A DNA stretch of 64,000 nucleotides from Candidatus Hydrothermus pacificus (GTDB lineage Bacteria > Hydrothermota > Hydrothermia > Hydrothermales > Hydrothermaceae): NCBI GenBank assembly GCA_002011615.1, contig MTOH01000002.1:207526-271525 (forward strand). The letters are read 5' to 3'. Numbering within the stretch: position 1 is the first letter of the stretch; each line of letters opens with the position of its first letter. A program made the position numbers and the translations under genes. Below, piece after piece: positions 56,727 to 64,000 of the stretch. Under the pieces are notes generated by a model. The model was not told the DNA's origin and searched no databases. It was given only the letters and a program-made list of their open reading frames with translations.

Positions 56727-58004
56727 ATGGAAAATAATATAGTTGAAATTGTTCTTCATCTTGTTCTCCAGCTTACTTTTATTTTATTTGTAGCAAAAAT
56801 ATTTGCGGAAGTATTTGAAAGGTATTTGAAGCAGCCACCTGTTCTTGGAGAATTAATAGCGGGAATAATAATAGGTCCTTATTTAATAGGTCAGTTTATA
56901 AGCATTCCCGGTTTTGGTCCTGTTTTCCCTCATATTCAGCATTCAAATATTCCTGTCTCTCCTGAGCTTTATTCTATTGCCCAGATTGCAGTAGTAATTC
57001 TTCTCTTTATTTCAGGTCTTGAGACTGACCTTTCTCTCTTCGTAAAGTTTGCAGGCCCTTCTTTTGTAGTAGCAATAGCAGGTATTGTTCTGCCTTTTGT
57101 TCTGGGAGACCTGTGCACAGTATGGTTTGGATTTGCTGATAGTTTTATGTCTCCGACCGCTCTTTTTATGGGAGCAGCATTAACTGCAACTTCCGTGGGT
57201 ATAACAGCGAGAATATTATCTGATATGAAAAGACTGAATACACCTGAGGGAATCACCATTTTAGCATCTGCTGTTGTTGATGATGTTCTTGGTATTCTTG
57301 TTCTGACAATAGTTATAGGTATCACAGAGGGAGGGAATTTAAACGCAGGGCAGATAGGAATTGTTGCCTTAAAAGCAATAGGGATATGGATAGCAATTCT
57401 GATGATAGGACTTTTGATATCAAAGCCTTTTACAAAACTTATTAAAAAGTTCAAAACCGATGGTGCCTGGATTGCCTTTTCCCTTTCTCTTTGTTTTCTC
57501 GGTTCTTTTATTGCAGAGTATTTTGGACTTGCAATGATTATAGGAGCATATGCCATAGGTCTTGCACTTTCAGGGACAGAAATAAAACACGAGCTTATGG
57601 AATCTCTTAGAGGAGTGTATCATTTCCTTGTCCCTGTATTTTTTGTTGTAATGGGTATGATGGTGGATTTAAAAAGCATGTTACCTGTGCTTGTGTTTGG
57701 AGGTGTTTTATCTGTTATTGCTATAATAACCAAGGTATTTGGATGTGGGTTTTCTGCGTTACCGGTGGGATTTAACTTTTTGGGTGGTATGAGAGTGGGT
57801 GTTGGCATGCTTCCGAGGGGAGAAGTCGCCCTTATAATAGCAGGTGTTGCAATAGCGAGAGGAGCGATAGAACCTGATATGTATGGTGTTGCGGTTATGA
57901 TGACCGCAATCACAACTTTGCTTGCACCTATTCTTTTGGTTCCTCTGTTAAAAATAAAAAAAGAAGGAGTTAGAAAAAAACATGGAACGGGAGATAAAGA
58001 TTGA
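56727..58004 (+). CDS. Monovalent cation:proton antiporter (CPA2 family, KefB/NapA-like) membrane domain
   Basis: 425 aa, about 12 TM segments; N-terminal PVLGELIAGIIIGPYLIGQ motif typical of CPA2 antiporters; no KTN domain. Confidence 0.8.
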   Translation: MENNIVEIVLHLVLQLTFILFVAKIFAEVFERYLKQPPVLGELIAGIIIGPYLIGQFISIPGFGPVFPHIQHSNIPVSPELYSIAQIAVVILLFISGLETDLSLFVKFAGPSFVVAIAGIVLPFVLGDLCTVWFGFADSFMSPTALFMGAALTATSVGITARILSDMKRLNTPEGITILASAVVDDVLGILVLTIVIGITEGGNLNAGQIGIVALKAIGIWIAILMIGLLISKPFTKLIKKFKTDGAWIAFSLSLCFLGSFIAEYFGLAMIIGAYAIGLALSGTEIKHELMESLRGVYHFLVPVFFVVMGMMVDLKSMLPVLVFGGVLSVIAIITKVFGCGFSALPVGFNFLGGMRVGVGMLPRGEVALIIAGVAIARGAIEPDMYGVAVMMTAITTLLAPILLVPLLKIKKEGVRKKHGTGDKD

Positions 58005-58347
58005 TTGGGAAACTTCTTTTCTTGAAAAGATAATAGAGAAAATTGAAGAAGTTTCCCAGAAGAAAGGGTTTGTTAAAAGGCTTGACATAGAGCCTCAGGC
58101 AGACAGAAGAATACTGGAATTTCAAAAAGGAAGGACCAACTTTTCTGTTTCACTGGACTTTTACGAGACCAACAGGTCTTATTTTGTTTTGAAAGGAAAG
58201 CCAGAATGTGTGGATATATTTTTCGAGGCTTTGCATCTTTTTATAAAGGAAATCCTGAAAACGATTAAAAAGTCTTTGAGGAGTAAAAAAGACCGCACCA
58301 GATTTAAAGAGATTTTAAAGATTTTGACAGATACTTTTATAAAATAA
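57982..58347 (+). CDS. Hypothetical protein
   Basis: 121 aa; overlaps the antiporter C-terminus by 23 nt; no recognisable motif. Confidence 0.4.
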   Translation: MEREIKIDWETSFLEKIIEKIEEVSQKKGFVKRLDIEPQADRRILEFQKGRTNFSVSLDFYETNRSYFVLKGKPECVDIFFEALHLFIKEILKTIKKSLRSKKDRTRFKEILKILTDTFIK

Positions 58348-58364
58348 AAAATAAAGGAGGCAAG

Positions 58365-59291
58365 ATGGCCAGGATTAAAGAAGGAAAATATATATGGATG
58401 AACGGGGAATTAATCCCCTGGCAGGATGCCAAAATTCATGTTCTTACTCATGCTTTGCATTACTCATCTGCTGTTTTTGAGGGTATAAGATGTTACAAAA
58501 CAGAAAAAGGACCAATGATTTTTAGATTGAAAGAACATATGGAAAGATTGCTTAACTCTGCCAAGATTTACAGAATGGATGTTCCTTATTCTATTGATGA
58601 CCTTATGAAGGCGAGTATAGAAATTATCAAGGCAAATGAGATTGAGGAATGCTACATAAGGCCTTTAATTTACAGAGGTTATTATAATCTGGGAGTGAAC
58701 CCCTTTGAATGCCCTGTTGAGGTCGCAATAGCAGTGTGGGAATGGGGTAAATACCTTGGAGCTGAGGCAATAGAAAAGGGTGTTGATGTTATGTTTTCAT
58801 CATGGACAAGGATTGCGCCCAATACCCTTCCTCCAATGGCAAAGGCTGCCGGTAATTATGCCAATTCCCAGTTAATAAAGATGGAAGCTGCGATGTATGG
58901 TTTTGTAGAAGGAATAGCACTTGATGCACAGGGTTTTGTTTCAGAAGGTTCAGGTGAGAATCTTTTTGCTGTGAAAGATGGAGTTATTTATACACCTTTT
59001 CTTGATGCCTGTATTCTTCCAGGAATTACAAGAGATACAGTTATAAAAATAGCAAAGGATGAGGGAATAGAAGTAAGAGAAGTTCTTATACCCAGGGAGT
59101 TTCTCTACATAGCTGATGAGGTCTTTTTTACAGGGACAGCCGCTGAAATAACTCCCATAAAAACCATTGATAAAATACCTGTAGGCAGGGGAGAGAGAGG
59201 ACCTGTAACAAAAAGATTGCAGGAAATCTTTTTTGGCTATGTGAAGGGGAAAATACCTGATAAGTATAACTGGCTTACTCCTGTTAAATGA
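58365..59291 (+). CDS. ilvE: Branched-chain amino acid aminotransferase
   Basis: 308 aa; fold-type IV PLP motifs (HALHYSSAVFEGIRCY, EGSGENLF, GITR). Confidence 0.85.
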   Translation: MARIKEGKYIWMNGELIPWQDAKIHVLTHALHYSSAVFEGIRCYKTEKGPMIFRLKEHMERLLNSAKIYRMDVPYSIDDLMKASIEIIKANEIEECYIRPLIYRGYYNLGVNPFECPVEVAIAVWEWGKYLGAEAIEKGVDVMFSSWTRIAPNTLPPMAKAAGNYANSQLIKMEAAMYGFVEGIALDAQGFVSEGSGENLFAVKDGVIYTPFLDACILPGITRDTVIKIAKDEGIEVREVLIPREFLYIADEVFFTGTAAEITPIKTIDKIPVGRGERGPVTKRLQEIFFGYVKGKIPDKYNWLTPVK

Positions 59292-59758
59292 AGGGAATGA
59301 GAATAGCATTAGGTGCTGACCATAGAGGTTTTAATTTAAAGATGTTTTTAAAAAACAGGCTGGAGGGGGAGGGTCTTATAATTCTGGATTTTGGATGTGA
59401 TACAGACAGGGAACCTTCTGATTACCCTGATTTTTCAATAAAAGTAGCAAATTCTGTTGCAAAAAAGGAAAGTGATTATGGAATACTCGTATGTATGACA
59501 GGAATAGGAATGACTATAGCAGCTAATAAGGTCAGAGGTGCGAGAGCAGCTTTATGTCGAAGCTCTGAAGATGCTTATTTTTCAAGAGCTCATAATAATG
59601 CAAATATCCTGTGTCTTGCAGCAAAAGATTTTGAAGATAGCCCTGAATATGCTTTTGAGATTGTTAAAAAGTTTATCAGCACGTCCTTTGAAGGAGGGAG
59701 ACACAAAAGAAGAGTGGATAAAGTTATTTTTTATGAAGATAAAAATTCTTGCGAGTGA
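59288..59758 (+). CDS. rpiB: Ribose-5-phosphate isomerase B (RpiB/LacAB family)
   Basis: 156 aa; MRIALGADHRGF N-terminus and GILVCMTGIGMTIAANK catalytic region. Confidence 0.85.
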   Translation: MKGMRIALGADHRGFNLKMFLKNRLEGEGLIILDFGCDTDREPSDYPDFSIKVANSVAKKESDYGILVCMTGIGMTIAANKVRGARAALCRSSEDAYFSRAHNNANILCLAAKDFEDSPEYAFEIVKKFISTSFEGGRHKRRVDKVIFYEDKNSCE

Positions 59759-60617
59759 TTCAATGGGGGTTCGTTCAATGTGCACATTAATTGAAACAGT
59801 TGACCTTTCTGTTCTGATTGACCCCTCATGTGCACTCGGTCCTCTGAGAAATAAACTTTACCCTCATTGTGTAGAAATAGAAAACCTGATCAGAAGATGG
59901 AATATCATAAAAAGTTATATAAAAAAAAGTGAAATCCTTATTTTCACCCATTATCATTATGACCATCACAATCCAAGAGAAGTTGAACTTTATGCGGGAA
60001 AGAATGTTTTTTTAAAAGCAAAAGAAGGCCTCAATAAAAGGCAGAGATTGAGAGCAGAAAGATTTTTTGAACTCTTATCAGAGAGAAATATAAATGTAAA
60101 AAATGCTGATGGAAGAGTTTTAAAAAATGGTGCTGTTGAGCTCTTTTTTTCTGAACCTTTACCACATGGTAAAGGTGGGAGACAGGGTAAAGTTATAGGA
60201 GTTGGTGTAAAGCATGGAAATGATGTTTTTCTTTATACTTCAGATGTGCAGGGTTTTATAAACGATGGTTTAAAAAATTTCATTTATAAAGTTCTTCCCC
60301 GTGTTATTTTTATGGATGGACCATGCTTTTATATGCTTTCAAAAGAGCAGAGTGAAGAATACATAGACAATATGGTTAAAGAAATTCTTGAGATTAAGAA
60401 GAGTACAGGGTATCCAGAAGTTCTTATACTTGACCACCATTCTATGCGGGGAAAGGACTGGGAAGATATATATCCACTTTTAAGGGGTAAGTTCAAAAAA
60501 ATGGAGATAGAATTTATGTGTTCTGCTGAATATGAGAATACTGATGTGTTTGATTATGAGGCAAAAAGGAGGAAAATTTATGAAAAAAATTCATTCTCTT
60601 GCAAAAAAATGTCTTGA
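59733..60617 (+). CDS. MBL-fold metallo-hydrolase-like protein (resembles the UPF0282 family)
   Basis: N-terminus MKIKILASDSMGVRS and HYHYDHH (HxHxDH) motif. Start set at internal ATG 59733 (alternative 59763); the ORF-track start 59538 would lie inside rpiB. Confidence 0.6.
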   Translation: MKIKILASDSMGVRSMCTLIETVDLSVLIDPSCALGPLRNKLYPHCVEIENLIRRWNIIKSYIKKSEILIFTHYHYDHHNPREVELYAGKNVFLKAKEGLNKRQRLRAERFFELLSERNINVKNADGRVLKNGAVELFFSEPLPHGKGGRQGKVIGVGVKHGNDVFLYTSDVQGFINDGLKNFIYKVLPRVIFMDGPCFYMLSKEQSEEYIDNMVKEILEIKKSTGYPEVLILDHHSMRGKDWEDIYPLLRGKFKKMEIEFMCSAEYENTDVFDYEAKRRKIYEKNSFSCKKMS

Positions 60618-61686
60618 AAAAGTTAGCCCTTATAAGCCTGGCAAACCCGTAGAGGAACTTGCCAGAGAGATGGGGATTGATTTTGAAATTATAAAGATGG
60701 CTTCCAATGAAAATGTTCTGGGACCGTCTAAAAGGGCTCTTAAGATTTTAAGAAAAAAGTTAAAGGATATAAATTTTTATCCTGATGATAACTGTTTTTA
60801 TCTTAGAAAAAAACTTGCCGAGATACACGGTGTATCAATGGACGAAATATTTATAGGGAATGGTTCTGTTGAAATTATTTATCTTCTCGGGTTTGCCTTT
60901 GTTTCTGAAAAGGATTCGGTTGCTTATTGCATCGGTTCTTTTCCAATGTATAAAATAATTACAGATATAATGGGCGCAGAAAGTGTGGCTCCACCTCTTA
61001 AAAAAGAAAATAAGGCAGTGGACCCTGTTGCACTTTTTAATTCTATTAAGAAAAACACCAAAATTGTTTATATGAGTAACCCAAACAACCCCACAGGCAC
61101 ACATTTTACTCATGAGGAGGCAAAATATCTCGTTGAAAATGCCCCTTCTGATGTTCTTCTCGTTTTTGATGAAGCTTACAATGATTTTGTTGATGCAGAA
61201 GACTTTCCTGATACCTTTTCTTTTTATAAAAAATATCCCAATGTATGTATCCTCAGAACTTTTTCCAAGGTTTTTGGCCTTGCAGGACTCAGAATAGGAT
61301 ATTTGATCGCAAGAGAAGATGTGGTTGCCACGCTCCATAGAGTGAGATACCCCTTTAATGTCAATTCCCTTGCCCAGTATGCTGCTTTTTACGCTCTTGA
61401 AGATAGAGAATTTATTGAAAAAACTGTTAAACTCATTAATAAAGAGAAAAAATTCCTTTACAGAGAGCTCAAAAAAATTGGACTGTTTTTCTTGCCTTCT
61501 CAGACAAACTTTATTTATGTAGAATTTCCCGAAGAATCAAAATTGATTTATGATAAGCTTTTAAGGAAAGGAATTATAACAAGACCCCTTGGAAATCTTT
61601 TCCCCAATGCTTTGAGAATTACAGTGGGCAACAGGAAACAAAATAAATATTTGATACAATGCCTAAGGGAAGTTCTAAAAATGTAA
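60580..61686 (+). CDS. hisC: Histidinol-phosphate aminotransferase family (class II aminotransferase)
   Basis: HisC-like motifs (MASNENVLGPS, YPD, SNPNNPTG, PLP-lysine context TFSKVFGLAGLRIGY). Start set at ATG 60580 with AAAGGAGG SD. Confidence 0.8.
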   Translation: MKKIHSLAKKCLEKVSPYKPGKPVEELAREMGIDFEIIKMASNENVLGPSKRALKILRKKLKDINFYPDDNCFYLRKKLAEIHGVSMDEIFIGNGSVEIIYLLGFAFVSEKDSVAYCIGSFPMYKIITDIMGAESVAPPLKKENKAVDPVALFNSIKKNTKIVYMSNPNNPTGTHFTHEEAKYLVENAPSDVLLVFDEAYNDFVDAEDFPDTFSFYKKYPNVCILRTFSKVFGLAGLRIGYLIAREDVVATLHRVRYPFNVNSLAQYAAFYALEDREFIEKTVKLINKEKKFLYRELKKIGLFFLPSQTNFIYVEFPEESKLIYDKLLRKGIITRPLGNLFPNALRITVGNRKQNKYLIQCLREVLKM

Positions 61687-62087
61687 AAATTCCAGATGAC
61701 TGGAAAATCCTTCTTGAAGTTTTTTATCGCTTTGAGCTGTTGGGTGATGAACCCCAGGATGTTTTCCAGGAAATAGTTAAAAGAAAAAAATTAAAAGAGA
61801 ATTTGATTAAAAATCTAAAAAAGTTTATAATTAAATTAAAAAATTCCATTTCCACTATTGACAAAATGATTGAGGAGAGTGTAATTAACTGGGATAAGGA
61901 GAGAATTTTGAAAATAGACCTTACACTTTTAAGAATAGGAATAGGTATGTTTATGTTCAATGAAGAAAATCCCAAGAAAATTATAAATGATATTCTTGAC
62001 ATATCCAGGGTTTATTCGGCTGAAGATTCCTATAGATTTTTGAATGGAATACTTGATAAGGTTGCAAAAAGGTTGGGTAAACTGTGA
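61659..62087 (+). CDS. nusB: Transcription antitermination factor NusB
   Basis: 142 aa; NusB-like helical motifs (ILRIGIGMFMF, INDILDISRVY, DSYRFLNGILDKVA). Confidence 0.7.
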   Translation: MPKGSSKNVKIPDDWKILLEVFYRFELLGDEPQDVFQEIVKRKKLKENLIKNLKKFIIKLKNSISTIDKMIEESVINWDKERILKIDLTLLRIGIGMFMFNEENPKKIINDILDISRVYSAEDSYRFLNGILDKVAKRLGKL

Positions 62088-62827
62088 AAATTCTGATTCT
62101 TTCGGATATTCATTCGAACTATGATGCTCTTAAGGAGCTGGAATTAAATCTTGTTAACATGGAATATGGCGAAATATGGTGTCTTGGAGATGTGGTTGGT
62201 TATGGAGCAGAACCTGAAAAATGTATAGAGTGGGTGAGAAATAACTGTAAATATGTTCTTATGGGTAATCATGATTATGCATCTTTCGAAGCCAGTCAGA
62301 AATTTTTATTTAATGAATATGCAAAAAGAGCGATAGAATGGACAGTGGAAAGACTGTCTGATGTGGATAAAGCATTTCTTGAAAATCTTAAAATGAGTTT
62401 GCATATAGAAGGGGTATGTCTTTTTCATTCTTCACCCTCTTCTCCTGAAAAATGGGAGTATATATTTTCAGCTGATGAAGCCCTTTTTAATTTGAAGTTT
62501 TTTGAAGAAAAAATATGTTTTATAGGACATACCCATATTCCTATCATATTTGAATTTAAGGAGGAGAAACTGAAAATAATTTCTCCGGAATACAGAATGG
62601 GTAAATTTGTTTACAGACTTGATAGAGGTGCAAAATATATAATAAATCCCGGAAGTGTAGGTCAACCAAGAGATGGAGACCCGAGACTTTCTTTTTGTAT
62701 TTTTGATATGGAATATTATATTATAGAATTTTTTAGAATGGAGTATCCTGTGGAAAAAGCTGCAGAGAAAATATTTAAAAGTGATTTGCCTGATTTTTTG
62801 GGTGACCGACTTTTCATAGGAAGATGA
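62084..62827 (+). CDS. Metallophosphoesterase (calcineurin-like, YfcE/MJ0936-type)
   Basis: 247 aa; motifs DIHSN, GDVVGYG, GNHD, GHTH. GTG start overlapping the nusB stop. Confidence 0.8.
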   Translation: MKILILSDIHSNYDALKELELNLVNMEYGEIWCLGDVVGYGAEPEKCIEWVRNNCKYVLMGNHDYASFEASQKFLFNEYAKRAIEWTVERLSDVDKAFLENLKMSLHIEGVCLFHSSPSSPEKWEYIFSADEALFNLKFFEEKICFIGHTHIPIIFEFKEEKLKIISPEYRMGKFVYRLDRGAKYIINPGSVGQPRDGDPRLSFCIFDMEYYIIEFFRMEYPVEKAAEKIFKSDLPDFLGDRLFIGR

Positions 62828-63336
62828 TAAAATTATTACTTATTGTCTGGTTTTCATATAATTTAGATTATAATATTAATTCATTTTTTGAGAAAAACAG
62901 AACTGAAAATGGTGAAAAGATAATGAATTATATATCAAAGAGTTCGGAGAAAGAAAGTTTTTTGCTTTCAATGAATCTCTATTTAGTGTTAAATGAAAAA
63001 CCAGAAGCTTTATATATTACAGGAACATCTCTTATTGCCACTCATGTAGTGGTATATCTTTTGAAAGGCACAACAGGTAGAGGTAGACCTTCAGGAAAAA
63101 CAAAGAGATGGAATTCTTCCTTTCCTTCGGGACATACAGCAGGGGCATTTGCATTTGCAAATTCTTTCTCAAAAATAGAAAAGAATTATAAGGTCCCACT
63201 TGTTTTATGGGCATTTTCAGTTGCTTTTTCAAGAATGTATCTGGGCAGACACTGGTTTACTGACTGTGTTGCAGGTGCAGGAATAGGTGTTTTAATTTCA
63301 GAATTAATTTGCAGAAAATTCTGGAGTAAAAAATGA
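62824..63336 (+). CDS. PAP2-family membrane phosphatase
   Basis: 170 aa; PAP2 motifs (KxxxxxxRP-like GRGRPSGK, PSGHTA, SRMYLGRHWFTD). Confidence 0.8.
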   Translation: MIKLLLIVWFSYNLDYNINSFFEKNRTENGEKIMNYISKSSEKESFLLSMNLYLVLNEKPEALYITGTSLIATHVVVYLLKGTTGRGRPSGKTKRWNSSFPSGHTAGAFAFANSFSKIEKNYKVPLVLWAFSVAFSRMYLGRHWFTDCVAGAGIGVLISELICRKFWSKK

Positions 63337-64000
63337 GTGTGCCTTTTGATTTCAGGATGCAACTGATACTTTCCCTTTCCAGGGAAATTTCTGCCAGCGT
63401 GGACCTTTCCAGAATTTTAAGGTTTTTAAGAGCTTCCATCTCAACATTTATGCCTCATGTGATATGGATGAACATCTTTGAAGTCCATGAGAGGGGTATA
63501 AAACCTGTGGATAGTATGAAAGAAGATTATATTGAGAGTAATAAAGAATTTCTTGAAGTAATAAAATCCAGAAAAGAATACACTTATATAGAAGATATAG
63601 AAGATAATGAACTCCATTATCATCCCTTTATTGAGGATGCAAAAAGTGTTTTGTGGATTCCTGTTAAAAAGTGGGACAGAGTCGAGGGATTATGGGTTAT
63701 AGAATCAAAAGTTTCACGAGGTTTTAAACTTGAGGATATAATATTTTCCCGGATAATTGCAGATTTTGTAGGAGTCTCCATTTCAAATATCCGATTGCTT
63801 AGAGAAAACGAGGAAAGAAAGAGGGACTTTCAGAGCGCTTATGAGATTTCCCTGCAGATTAATAGACCCCTGAAGAAAAGAGAACTTATAAAGCTATTCC
63901 TCAAACTCATCGCAGAAAGGCTGGAAAGTGTATATGCCTCATTCTTTGAAAAGAAAAAGGATGTGCTTTATTTAATTGAATATTATTCACCCTATGAAAA
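63333..64000 (+). CDS. GAF-domain-like protein, 3'-partial (runs off the window end)
   Basis: Open frame from ATG 63333 to position 64000 with no stop (absent from the ORF track for that reason). Mixed-charge helical profile; GAF assignment is tentative. Confidence 0.5.
   Translation, partial: MSVPFDFRMQLILSLSREISASVDLSRILRFLRASISTFMPHVIWMNIFEVHERGIKPVDSMKEDYIESNKEFLEVIKSRKEYTYIEDIEDNELHYHPFIEDAKSVLWIPVKKWDRVEGLWVIESKVSRGFKLEDIIFSRIIADFVGVSISNIRLLRENEERKRDFQSAYEISLQINRPLKKRELIKLFLKLIAERLESVYASFFEKKKDVLYLIEYYSPYE

Noticed and set aside
59538-59732. Long N-terminal extension of the MBL-fold gene (ORF-track start 59538) overlapping rpiB
   Set aside because: The extension is entirely inside the rpiB coding region in another frame and encodes a low-complexity leader; the conserved family N-terminus (MKIKILASDSMGVRS) begins at 59733.
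63257-63623. Two 60-aa minus-strand ORFs at the right edge of the window
   Set aside because: They lie antisense to the PAP2 phosphatase gene and to the plus-strand ORF that runs open from 63333 to the window end; they are hydrophobic or low-complexity with no SD.

Overview
This 64 kb window looks like core chromosome from a low-GC, probably anaerobic, diderm (Gram-negative-type) bacterium; no CRISPR array, transposase, integrase or obvious prophage was seen. All calls are from reading the ORF translations and DNA by eye against remembered family motifs; no database search or RNA-folding tool was run. Genes are densely packed, often with 1-4 nt overlaps. Main content: a thiamine block (thiC, an isochorismatase-like hydrolase, thiD, thi4) with thiE 16 kb away; two outer-membrane beta-barrel candidates; an envelope-stress module (DUF4159-like, Spy/CpxP-like, ECF sigma, anti-sigma); two subtilisin-like proteases with T9SS-type C-terminal sorting domains; an fhs-hypA-hypB-hypF operon; gatCAB and thioredoxin; an rpsL-to-rplB ribosomal block that ends abruptly at queA; a cytoplasmic multi-GAF/PAS histidine kinase with an HD-GYP response regulator; pyruvate:ferredoxin oxidoreductase (porGDAB); and four tRNAs. 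The most interesting candidate for an undescribed system is at 53817-55177: a Memo-family protein carrying an N-terminal PqqD-like peptide-recognition (RRE) domain, followed by a tightly coupled 81-aa lysine-rich ORF, which suggests a peptide or protein modification cassette. Other points worth a second look are a Cys4 insertion in EF-Tu, a queA with no canonical start codon for its conserved N-terminus, and a 185-codon frame split by a single in-frame TAA.
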